Origin: Tubiluchus corallicola
Taxonomy: Eukaryota > Animalia > Priapulida
Length of the DNA stretch: 64,000 nt
NCBI GenBank assembly: GCA_030141605.1
Contig: JAQGDQ010000012.1
Location: 1 to 64,000 of the forward strand
Reading direction: 5' to 3'
Notes under the pieces: generated by a model
The model's input: only the letters and a program-made list of their open reading frames with translations
Databases searched by the model: none
Told to the model about the DNA's origin: nothing
Translations under genes and position numbers: made by a program
Shown here: one piece after another, positions 53,321 to 64,000 of the stretch
How positions within the stretch are numbered: position 1 is the first letter of the stretch
How the letters are laid out: each line of letters opens with the position of its first letter

Positions 53321-53640
53321 ATATAATAGGGTGTTGTGAAAGTAACTTTTTTTATCCAATCTTTTGACAACTTTTCCTACTTTTTGGTTTGATGAGATGC
53401 TAACACTAACCTGGTGAAAATTGCTAGGTCAGTGGAGTGGATATAATAGTTTTTAAAGTTTGTCAAATTACTACACAAACGAGCATAATTCTGAAATTTT
53501 AACGTAAGTGGAGACACGTGTTCCCAAAGCTTAATCTAGCTGAAAATTTACCCATGTTAGTATCTCATCAAAAACCCGAAGTAGGAAAAGTTGTAAAAAT
53601 ATTGGATAAAAAAGTTATTTTTACCACACCCTATCATATA
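53321..53640. mobile_element. MITE / ~85-bp inverted repeat
   Basis: ATAGGGTGTTGTGAAAGTAACTTTTTTATCCAAT...CAACTTTTCCTACTT...GATGAGATGCTAACA is mirrored at 53555-53640. Confidence 0.75.
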
Positions 53641-53844
53641 TTCATTTGCTGTTAGAGATTTAAGGCTTAACATTTTTTACGAATGTTTAAATAAATACAC
53701 TGTAAAAATGTACTTAATTCAATTGATGCAAGTGGTAAATAAGATGACGAAAGGTACTTCTTGAAGCTTATATCACATGATATGACATGACATGTCTTAC
53801 CAGGTACCTTCCCTCCAAAAAACAAAGCAGTTCAACCTTTTTCA

Positions 53845-53920
53845 CCTCTCTCTTTCTCTCCCTCCTCTCTCTCTCTCTCTCTCTCTTCCTCTTCCTGCAC
53901 TCTCACTCTCTTTTTCTCTC
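53845..53920. repeat. (CT)n-rich simple repeat
   Basis: Directly visible. Confidence 0.85.
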
Positions 53921-54499
53921 TTGTTTTTCTGCTTTTCATTTCTCCAAGGTTGTCGTTTCTGTTGCTTTTTCAGGGTACGTGTTTTGGCATCTATTCAAAT
54001 GCAATGACTCAGTATTTGCAATTAATGAGTTGCATTATTTATTAAGTCATACTACTGATTTAAAACTATTAATTATTATTTTGTTTTTTGTTTATTTCAG
54101 TTTGTGGACGTCTTAAGCCAAAAATACAATTACAAAAAAAAATAATAAAACATAAACAAATTACCAAAGTTAAAAAGAGAAAGTAGTTAAAATATCTATG
54201 TAAATAACACGCATTAAAATTCATTCCAATGGGCAAAAATTTGGACCATATAAACGCATCACTATTGTAGAATACATGTTTTAAGAAACCATTAGAAGAG
54301 TTTAAAGCACGGCAGCTAAGATTATACGACGACTTAAAAATATACGTATATTTATGCAAAATAACTTTATAAAATGACTACAGTACTCTAGTACCATATC
54401 TGTATTTGAAGAGTTTTACCTTAGTGGTGTAATACGCAATTTTTAGCTTATTAATTAAAGTTATACGAGTTGCATTTAATCCAGAAATTGTAACAATAA

Positions 54500-55440
54500 A
54501 ATGACGAACAATATTGAGTTCAACCAAACGTAATGTTCTTCTTGTTGTTTTTTATGTGACCAGTAGTTTTGTCCTTCAGCGCATTATTTTTCTTCCATCA
54601 AAGTATAAGGCATTGATTATGTCGATTTTGTCCATTTTTGTTGTAACGTATCTCAGCTTCTTACAGCCACGGTAGATTCATGCAAAGCAGCTGCCGGACT
54701 ATGTGAGACATCATATCAGTCTGCTTCACGTGAAATGTTATTTATTTGAGCACGATTCTGTTACAATGAATTTGTCTTGACAACATATGGAGGACTCCAA
54801 TGTGGGTCAGAAGACTGAGAACTTGCATCGTCTGAGTGGCTTGTTTGGTCAGTTGGGCATCCAAGATGATTTTATCTTCGGTATCATATGTAGTTTTACG
54901 GATCTTTTCGCAATGCACTCGCGGTACGATTCTTGGTCTAGTCTCCTGGGTCGTTTTACGTTGCTCAGTGAAAGTGAAGCCTGAGTATCAATACCACTAT
55001 GTAACCACTTACCACGCTGGTTACATAGGAACTGTAACTCTTCCTTATTAGTTTTTTTTTGTTACAAGCAATGTCAATCCATTCATAAAATTGTTGTATA
55101 ATTTTTCAACACGTGCAGCGTAAAGAGGCTTTGCTTTGCTATTCCAGGCACTTTATACAACTCATCCCAAATCTTTTGTAACTCCGTCATGATCCTTTTA
55201 ATAGTGCGTTCAGATGTTATTGTGGTAATTGCTGCTTTTGCATATACAGCCTATATATCTTGTGTTACGATCTCTGCAATAAATCTGTGTCCTGGATTCT
55301 TCTCTGGCTAGGTCTCCATTTTTTGCTGCTGCTTGATGAACTGATAATATCATAGAACATCTTCAATTGTTGGCAACTGATTTTCTGGTAGCTTGGTAGG
55401 ATAGCAGTATGACTTGCTGCTCTCTTTTCTAGAGTTCATG
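54500..55440 (-). pseudogene. Decayed DNA transposase (hAT-related, hATm-like)
   Basis: Minus-strand LPENQLPTIEDVL*YYQF...VYAKAAITT, then READ*YDVS and LYFDGRK...EEHY. Multiple stops and frameshifts. Confidence 0.6.
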
Positions 55441-55699
55441 ACTCAAAGATGTAATTCTAAATCTCTAGATAAATGGTTGCTAGCAAAAATAGCTGTTAGA
55501 GCAGTGTGGCCATTTACAGCTGATATTATAAAGAGATGACAATGCCGAAAAAACAGTACCGTGGATTTGCTCGATCCTCTTCACCACCAGAGGCGAGAAA
55601 ACAGACATCAATAAAAAGTGTCTGTTTGCAAGATCAGCAACACAATCAACTTGTTTTACAAATCACACCAAATATTTTTTACGTCAATCTGCCTTTACT

Positions 55700-58440
55700 G
55701 TTCACTCGTCTTTAATTAATTTTTTAGTTTCAACAGCTCGTTAACATACATCCTAGTCAGTAGTAATTTATTCATGTTCCATTCATTTATATCTTGCGCA
55801 GATAGGCCCAACTTGTTGATATACACAGCTTTACATTGAAAAAGATGCTCAGTAGTATGCTCTACTACCTGACATAAAGAATATTTGAGATCGCCTTTAT
55901 ACAGATTTTTGAAATTTGCTTTAACATCTATCATATTAAGACCATTTTCGTCTGACCTACATTTTGCGACATATATGGAAAGTTCTGTTTTTTAAAAATC
56001 TTAATTATTTTTGGAATGTTCTGTATTTCGAAAAAAATTAATTTTGTCATAGTTTCTATTTTAGTTTTAAGCTTTTTTCTATAAATAAATGAATTTCATT
56101 CTTTACATACTTTTTCCATCAAAATTTGGTTATTACATTTATATCCGCTGTATTTATATGAATATTATACTTATTCATGATGTGTTTGATTTCTAAATAC
56201 CGACATTTATTAAAGTTATTATTTATTTGCACTTTTAAAACCTGTTTTGCCATTCTTTCATCATTTGAGTTCAATAACAGATGATAATACATTAATTTTT
56301 ATAGTCTACCGTACAAATTATTGGCAAGTTTTTGTTTCACTTAACATGCCCCAATATGGCGTACTATCCATTTGACATAAAATTTTTGCTAGTGCTTCTT
56401 TTTGTATGCTTTCTGATTTATCTATTTCTGATTTGGTGAGATTGGTCCAAGCCTCAGCATTATTGATTATTGATGGTATTACTGTGTTTTCGTACAGCAT
56501 TAGCCGAACAGCTGTAACAGTAGTTCTCAATTTTCATTATTTCTAAAATCATAAATTTCATTTTATCTTTTCTTTTTTCAAACATAAGCTGATAATTATT
56601 CTTGCTATTAAACCAATCTCCCAAGTATTTATATGCATGGTTTAATTTGGCCATTTTTTACATTCAATATTGGTTCTTCATTGTTTCTTTTTTTTGTCAT
56701 ATTAGTTGCCATGTATTTTGTTTTTTTAAGTTGAAGGTCATCATTTTTTTAGTTTCTGTCTCCCTAAAATTCTCTGCTGCTTTAATCACTGTTTCTGCAG
56801 TCCCTACTGATAGCACGTTCTCCACATATAACAGGGTGCCAATTTCTAAATCAGGGCCAAACACTGTCACTGGATGATACTGTATATCTATTATATCGTT
56901 CATAGTTATCCCACATAGTGTTGGTCCTATTGGGGTGCCCTGCCTTACATTTTCAATTAGCTTAATACTTTTAGTAAATCCATTAGGTGTGTTAATTTTG
57001 GCATTAGCTTCACAGTTGAGCTTATAAACTAATAATGTGTCACGAGAATTAAATCCTAATTTCCATGATTGATAAATGCAACCTTGTAGCAATGATCGGT
57101 CAAAACACTTTTCAATACACCAAATAATAAGTATAATTCTGTATTCATCATTTTATTATAATCTAATATGGCTCTTAATGTAAAAAGGTGATCTGATGTT
57201 CCTCTATTTTTACGCCCTCCACACTGTAAATTACTGATGTTATTGTTTAATATGTCACTGTTTCTTTTTATGAGAATCCTTTCAAATAATTTGCTAATAG
57301 CTGATGTTAAGAAAATTCCTCGTCTGTTAACCAGTTCTCTCTTTGATCCAGCCCTTTATACAGAGATTTAATCACTATTTCTTTCCATTCATTAGGTATG
57401 CTATTAGGATTGGTGTATACACAGTTGAACATTTTAACAAAACTATCAATTAAGTCATTTCCCGCGTTCATTAACATTTCATTTTTCCAATTGTGTAAAT
57501 CTTTTGATTTTCCTTTTTTAATTTCATCTACCAATTCATTTTTTGTAATTGTCTCAGAAACATTATTACATAACACAATTTTTTGTAGTTGACATACTGT
57601 TATTTACCATTACCTGACTTTCAATTTCCCTTGGAGTAGTAATGTTGATTGGTTTTAGCAGGTGCTCATAATAATTTTCAAACTCTTTTAGTATTTCAGC
57701 TGGCTTTCTATGAGAACTCCATCAGCATTTCTAATTGATACCATATCCTCTTTCTTTTTAACTTTAATCTTTTTGTAAAATTCCCAAAAGGCATTTGACT
57801 TTATTCCATTTTCTTGTCTAATCATCTGAAGAGTTTTATTATTTTTATTAACAAATTGAAATTGCTGATATTTAAATATCATTTCGACAATTCTTTGTTT
57901 TTGTAGTTTTAACATTACGCTATTTTCCGATTTTATGTTCGATTCTTGTTTCAGTAATCGTTTAATTTTTCTTTTTTGTTTCATTAGCAGTCTAACTACT
58001 TCCAAGTTATTATTTTGTTTTATCTTTCTACATGTTGTAAAACATGTATTCATAATAGAACTAATTTCTGTTTGCCTTAATCGATGTCTTAAGGGAACGC
58101 CGGCATTTCCTGTTTCTGTATATTACAGGTGTAAGCGGTATTCAGAAATGTTTGTGCTGTTGGCTTACCATGTGCTTAAAATTTGCTGTGTATTTGTCCC
58201 AGTCTTAACTTAACTGTTTCTTCGATCACACTTGAAAAGTGCCTGAGAACCGTTTCAAGTTCTTTCACGCAGCATGGATGCCGTTTAGTCTGGACACGTT
58301 GTGATTTTCTGAGGGGATTTTGTGGACTTGTAAGTGTTAGTTGTACACAGGATTCTGAGGCTTAAATTGAGGACAGGTGGGACTGTTAGGGACACAGCGT
58401 GTTCAATTGGACTAGTGATATTTAACCGGCACTTCTTCAT
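55700..58440 (-). mobile_element. Disrupted non-LTR retrotransposon (RTEX/RTE-related LINE)
   Basis: RT motifs QCGGRK, KCFD, VRQGTPIGP, LLYVENV (YxDD decayed), YKYLGD, NNAEAW, and C-terminal C..TTEHLFQC. The endonuclease region appears deleted. Confidence 0.85.
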
Positions 58441-59228
58441 AGGAAAATTTAGAAGTTAAAAAGCGATATTGGATCATAGAATAGCTTTAAAATCTAAAAA
58501 GGTTTAAACTTATATATTAAAAGTTTTAATGCAGGTTGTACACAATTTGTTTATAAAAATGCTATTGTTCATCAATTAACGGCTATTAACTTACATATTA
58601 AAATGCAGTAGTTAACAGCTGTCAAAATATCTGAATCTTCTTGATTTATCCCCATATATACGTAATTGCATCGTAATGTGTTTCGCTTATGAATTAGCCC
58701 GCCAGAAAAGTACTTGCTGTGTACTAGCTTCTTAGCACGAGTTAAGAATTAGTTTTCAACAGTTCGTATTACCGCGCTTTGTGTTTCGATAGTTTTTTGT
58801 CTTAGTAGACCAACACAAGAAAAGAGTTCACTAACCAAAAATTTGGAAAACCTCAATATTAATTTTTTTAAGAATCGTTTTTGTCGGACTAAGGATCTAA
58901 CACAATTAATTTTGTTTTCTTCCGAGTTCCGATAGGTGGCAGAAAAGCTGGCGCCGTGCTAGCTACTTGTACATGTTTTACGAAAAGCGAAAAGCTTTTT
59001 CCGCAGTGATAAAGACCATACAATGGTATGTAATCGTGACATTGTTATGTATGCACTGTTGAATATATTGAAATCGTGGCCACCACTTTCAGTCATCCAT
59101 GAATGTTTTAATCATACTTGAACCGAAACACAACATTATGAGTTGTTGTGAAAATGTGTTAATGTAAACTTATAAAACGCATCATAAGCTGTTCTATAGA
59201 GCTGCAAGAGGACGTGCTTAAAAAGACG

Positions 59229-62200
59229 ATGGATGAAAATTTAAGGAGTTCGTTAATTCTTCACACCGACCTGATAACTGAGAATGTTTACGTGGAATTT
59301 CTTGCACCATTCCTCATTGCTGATGGTATTTTGACATACAAAGACTCTGAGTGGATTGATGTGGAGGTATAAACTATATTAGAATCCGCTGCAGATATTT
59401 TATTTGCACTTTTTTATCATTTCTTTGTATTTGTTAGTTAAAATTAATTATGATGTTTAAGTTTGCTACTAACTGGCATAGTATCCCAGCTACTAAACTA
59501 TAGATTCACTTAGTGTGTATTGGTTATTATACGTCTGTTTGTTGTGTTTGATATGTCAATTGCAAGGGAAACAGTTTGTTAATCAGTTATGATATACAAT
59601 GCATGGTATAGTTAATGTTATCCATAATATTGTGTTATGATTATTTCAGAAAACTCATTACCAAAAAGCAGCAAAGCTGTTGCAAGTGCTACACACTAAA
59701 GATTCATCAGCTTTTTATTCATTTGTGGCTGCACTTAAACGTGCTGGGTATGAATACATTGCCGAGCAGCTTGAGGGCTTAACCAGTGGGAAGAAGGTAC
59801 GGCGACTTAGTGATGCCGATACACATTCTATCCTTGTTGAGGGTGGAGTCCCAGCTCGACCTCATTTGTATGTAGATCGACCATCTCAGTTAGAAAAAAT
59901 TCGTGGAGCCTTGGAAGAGTTGAGCGGTAAAAATTCTGGATGGGTTGTTGTTCATGGCATGGGCGGAAGCGGAAAATCTGTTTTGGCAGCTGAATCACTG
60001 CGGTCTGCAGAACTTATTTCTGAATACTACCCTGGTGGGACATTCTGGGTTTCTGTTGGCCCAATTGATTCTTCAAAGTTGTTGATTCGCATGCAGAACC
60101 TTTGCACTAGACTTGATAAGCAACAGCGGCCTCTGCCTAACAACCTGGAAGAAGCAAAAGATCGTCTTCGTGTAATTTTTGCTCAACAGTATCCTAAATC
60201 ATTGCTTGTTCTTGATGATGTTTGGTCTGCTAGCACGGTCAGAGCATTCGATATTCAGTGTCGCATATTATTAACTACAAGAGACAAAAGTGTAACTGAT
60301 AGCGTTTATGGTGCTTTGTATAGTGTCCCATTGTCTGCAGGACTTAGTAAAGAACAATCTCTAGAAGCACTTGGTAAATGGACGAACACTGACAAAAAAG
60401 ACCTTCCTGAGGAAGCAACAATCATATACAGAGAATGTAGGGGTCTCCCTCTTGCCATTACTATGCTTGGAGCTCTTTTACGAGATCATCCAAATAGATG
60501 GCCTTATTACCTAGAAAAACTACAAAAGCGGTAGGTAGAGTGGAAGTACTTTTTTGGGGCAACTTGTTGTGTATTTTAGTAATGAAGAGATTCCAAGAAA
60601 ATATTTGTTTAAAGTCAAACATTTCTAAAGAGTTATGCTACAAAAAATATTGCGGAATGTTAGCAACTGCATGTGTTTTTAAATATGTGGAGATTCTAAA
60701 ATTCCACTTAAACAAATAAAATGTTTGGCAATACTAAGATATAGAAAATGGGACTTCTGTTTCCTACCATATGAAACAATTGTTTAAGAGTACCGAGTAC
60801 ATAGAAAGCAGTTTTTTATTGTTTGGTTTGTAGACATTTGGCTGAATTAGTTAGTGCTGTTTTATTAGATTATGCATTTAAGTAATTAATTGATAATTTT
60901 TTTAGCTCTTATTAAATTTTATATTGTACTTATAATATGCCAGGGATATGTCAAAAATCAAGAAGATGCTGGCATATGAATATCCTACATTGGCTGAGGC
61001 TATTAATATGAGTATTACTAGCCTAGATGATAAACTGCAAGAGTATTATCGGGATTTTGCAGTATTTGCTGATGGGATGAAGATACCTACAGAGGTAATA
61101 ATTAGTTTTAAAATTCAGTATGTTGTTACAAGGTCCAAAAATATATAATATAATCGGTTATGAATCTGTGTTTTTTGTGGACAGTTTCTATTCATTAACG
61201 TATATGAAAATGATCATTAATATTTTGAAATTTTTGGTGATGTGTTGTTGTATAATGTACTTTTCATAGTTAAGTCATTTATTAGCACCTGTTGTTCTTC
61301 ATTTAGTTTAGTATTCAGCTTGACTCTGTACAATGCCATGGAATTGGGAAAATGATTGGATGTGAAGTTTTACCTTTACCCTTTTTGTTGACACCTGTTT
61401 CTTTTTTGCATTGGCAACTAACACCATTATAATTGTACAGATGTACTCTCTATCATTATTAGTTACAAATATTTATCTATTCCATGATTTGTATTATCAC
61501 AATACTACAGAAGGACCAAAGTAGTTTTTAAAGGGAGTCGCTAAACGTTGATGTGCTGTGGGCCGCAAATTAAGAAATTAAAACAAAAAATAATGACTAG
61601 CTAGCTGAGTCACTTCCAAAAACTTGGTGTTACTTTAAAGTTTACAAAAAATATTAAGAAGTTTCAATAATAAAAGTGTGATGAAAGTGCTGCTGTAATG
61701 ACTATCAACTGTAAACTAACCAAATATACTAATAACCAGGGGTCGACAGCAGTGCTTCAGTTGTGGCAGGACTGACTTCAGGCTATTTATCAAGTATAGT
61801 CTCTAAGGAGGGATATGCTGCAATCTGTAGTTTTTGAACTTTACATATTTCAATGTATTGTGCAGGTTTTTTCTACTTTATGGGACATGGAAGTAGAAGA
61901 CGTAGAAGACATGATGAAATGCCTGTCAGACAAAAGTTTAGTTGTGCAAGAACAGAGGGAGCCAGGTTCCGACGAACTGGTTTATGGAGTGCATGATTTA
62001 CAGTTGGATTTCCTCAAACTGACCTGTCCAAGTATTCCAGTATGCTGAAGTTAAAAACTTGCAGTTAAATTTAACCGCCTGCTACGAGCTAAATAGCTTA
62101 TGCTGCATTGCACATTTATTTTTGATAGTTATGCACAAAATTTTTAGAATATAGAAGAGGTTATTTTGTTTTTTATTCAATAGGCAGAGATTGCAAAACT

Positions 62201-63631
62201 AGTGCTAAACTGTTATAAAAACATAACAATGCTAATGTGATGTGAAAGTTAGTGGTTGAAATAGGTAAAGCATTGTGTCTGCATAAAGTGACTCTTACTT
62301 TAGGAAAGGGAGCTTACCCTTCCGATTTTTTCAGCTAAAACTGTAGCTACCACCAACTTTTTTTAGCCATTGTTGTGTTATTTTAGTCACAGTGTCATGT
62401 CATGAAAGCAGGTTAGAGTTCAGTGCTATTCATTCACTAAGATTTTAATTACTTGATATTTTCTGTAGCCATTGTGACTATACATTAGTTTTTGCCTAAA
62501 GGTTATACAAGGTCCTTATTTAGTGTGTCACCACCACATTATGAAATTCCTCCGTTATTGCAAAATTTTATGCAACTGTGGCATATGCACATTTGCACAC
62601 GCTAATAATTTGCTGCATAGCTTTATTAACCTTGCTTTTTAAACTTTACTTGCCAGGCTCTTCATCAAAAACTAGTCAACTGTTACAAAACTGTTTGTAA
62701 GAATGAACTTTGGAAACTACCTCTGGATGGCTACATACACTGGTTTATCACCTACCATTTATTTAAAGCTCGATTATATACTGAACTGTCTTCGGTAAGA
62801 CATCATTCCTTAATAACAATTTGTGGGTTGGTTAGGAATTAAAACTATGTCATATTTAATATTACAGTAAATATTACTTAACTTGCATTAAAGACATGAT
62901 AATAATGGCTTCAATTTTCAACAAAAAATTTTGAGGACCAATGTGTTACTGAGATCTACTTTAAATCTTTTCTAGTTACTTTTGAATCTGCGATTTCTTG
63001 AAGCAAAGCTGAATGTTACTGGTCCAGCTGAAGTACTTAATGATTATTTACGTTATAGCAAAGTCATCGACCATCAGGTAATATTTTTTTAACATTACAC
63101 AAATAAAAATAAATAGCTGTAAAGATGATTAAAATATTTTAAATATAATATTTTTGACACTTTGTGGAATCATTGTTAAAATTCCCGCAAAGGGAGTCGA
63201 TACATTATGCTTAAAAATTTTAAATCATCTCTGTAATCATTCATTGTTTTTTGTTTAACATTATTTTTTTAACTTTTAAAGTAACTTTCTACCATTATTA
63301 GCTAAACGAGTTTGGTAATGACTAATAATGATGAAAATCTGGCAATGCGTTTATCACCAGTGCAACAAAGAAAGTTCTAAATTACTGTCACATTATTATT
63401 AGTGCTTAGAATTTTTCTTTTAAAACTATAATAATTTCATGGTGTGTTATTTCAGTGTCCAAAAAAGAGGAAGGATTTTGAGCAATTTGTGAGTGTAAAT
63501 GCTCACTTGCTGGTGGGCTCAGATAAACCAGATGTAGTGCAACTTGCTCTTTGCCAGCCTTCATTTTCTCAAGTATATGTGCAAGCCAGAGAAATAGCCA
63601 GCACAGAACAAGGTTTTTACCTGGACTGGAA
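59229..63631 (+). CDS. APAF1: Apaf-1-like apoptosome protein (CARD + NB-ARC + helical domains), 3'-partial
   Basis: Exons 59229-59366, 59650-60530, 60944-61094, 61866-62039, 62657-62794, 62976-63077, 63456-63631 (GT-AG, in phase). LVEGGVP, Walker A HGMGGSGKS, Walker B LLVLDDVW, ILLTTRD, GLPLAI, HDLQLDFL, DVVQLALCQP. WD40 repeats are expected beyond the window. Confidence 0.93.
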
Positions 63632-63662
63632 GTAAGTGTTTACCAATTTGTACTAGACCATA

Positions 63663-64000
63663 CAGTAAGCCCTCGCTTAACGACTCCTCATTTAGCTATG
63701 TTTCGTTTTAACAACGCTGATTTTTTTTACACCTTTTATTCATTTAACAACGTATGTTTCGATTTAACGACGATTTTTTCGGCATCCAAGTGCTGAAATT
63801 TTGTTTGCTGCACACCCTATTAACAGAAACCATGATTATAACTTACCCTACTAAACAGTCAAAATCCTGCACTGATGATTCATTGCTGATCACTCACTAA
63901 TGCTATAGCACTTTCCCACATGCATAGAAATGAAATTCGTCTGATAAAAATCTCTCGTGTTAGATTACTGGGTTAATTATCACTGCCTTCACGTCGTTTG
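63663..64000 (+). mobile_element. Tigger/pogo-type element left end (intronic)
   Basis: TA+CAGTAAGCCCTCGCTTAACGAC followed by TTAACGAC-like subterminal repeats. The other end is not seen. Confidence 0.5.

Noticed and set aside
53787-54116. Ser/Leu-rich ORFs
   Set aside because: Translation of a (CT)n repeat.

Overview
AT-rich, intron-containing animal (invertebrate-like) genomic DNA, not prokaryotic; most short ORFs in the track are noise. Splice sites were walked by hand and all exon phases join in frame. Supported genes: an intronless class A orphan GPCR (-), a decayed DEG/ENaC channel remnant (+), a candidate 80-aa single-TM microprotein (-) head-to-head with a 4-exon synaptogyrin (+), a complete 9-exon G-alpha of the rare Gv class (-), a 2-exon small Cys/His-rich protein resembling the CG13380 family (+), and the first 7 coding exons of an Apaf-1-like CARD-NB-ARC gene (+, runs off the window). 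Intergenic and intronic space holds many transposon relics: a Helitron/Helentron-like element, Tc1/mariner-, Tigger- and Kolobok-type MITEs, RTE-, CR1/L2- and RTEX-like LINE fragments, a hAT-like transposase pseudogene, and an internally deleted Ty3/gypsy element whose 3' LTR has collapsed to 45 bp. No rRNA/tRNA genes or CRISPR arrays were seen. I found no clearly new multi-gene system. The best leads are the microprotein, the Gv gene, the motif-degenerate GPCR, the Cys-rich small protein and a possible splice-controlled uORF at Apaf-1. All family assignments come from motif recognition, not database searches.
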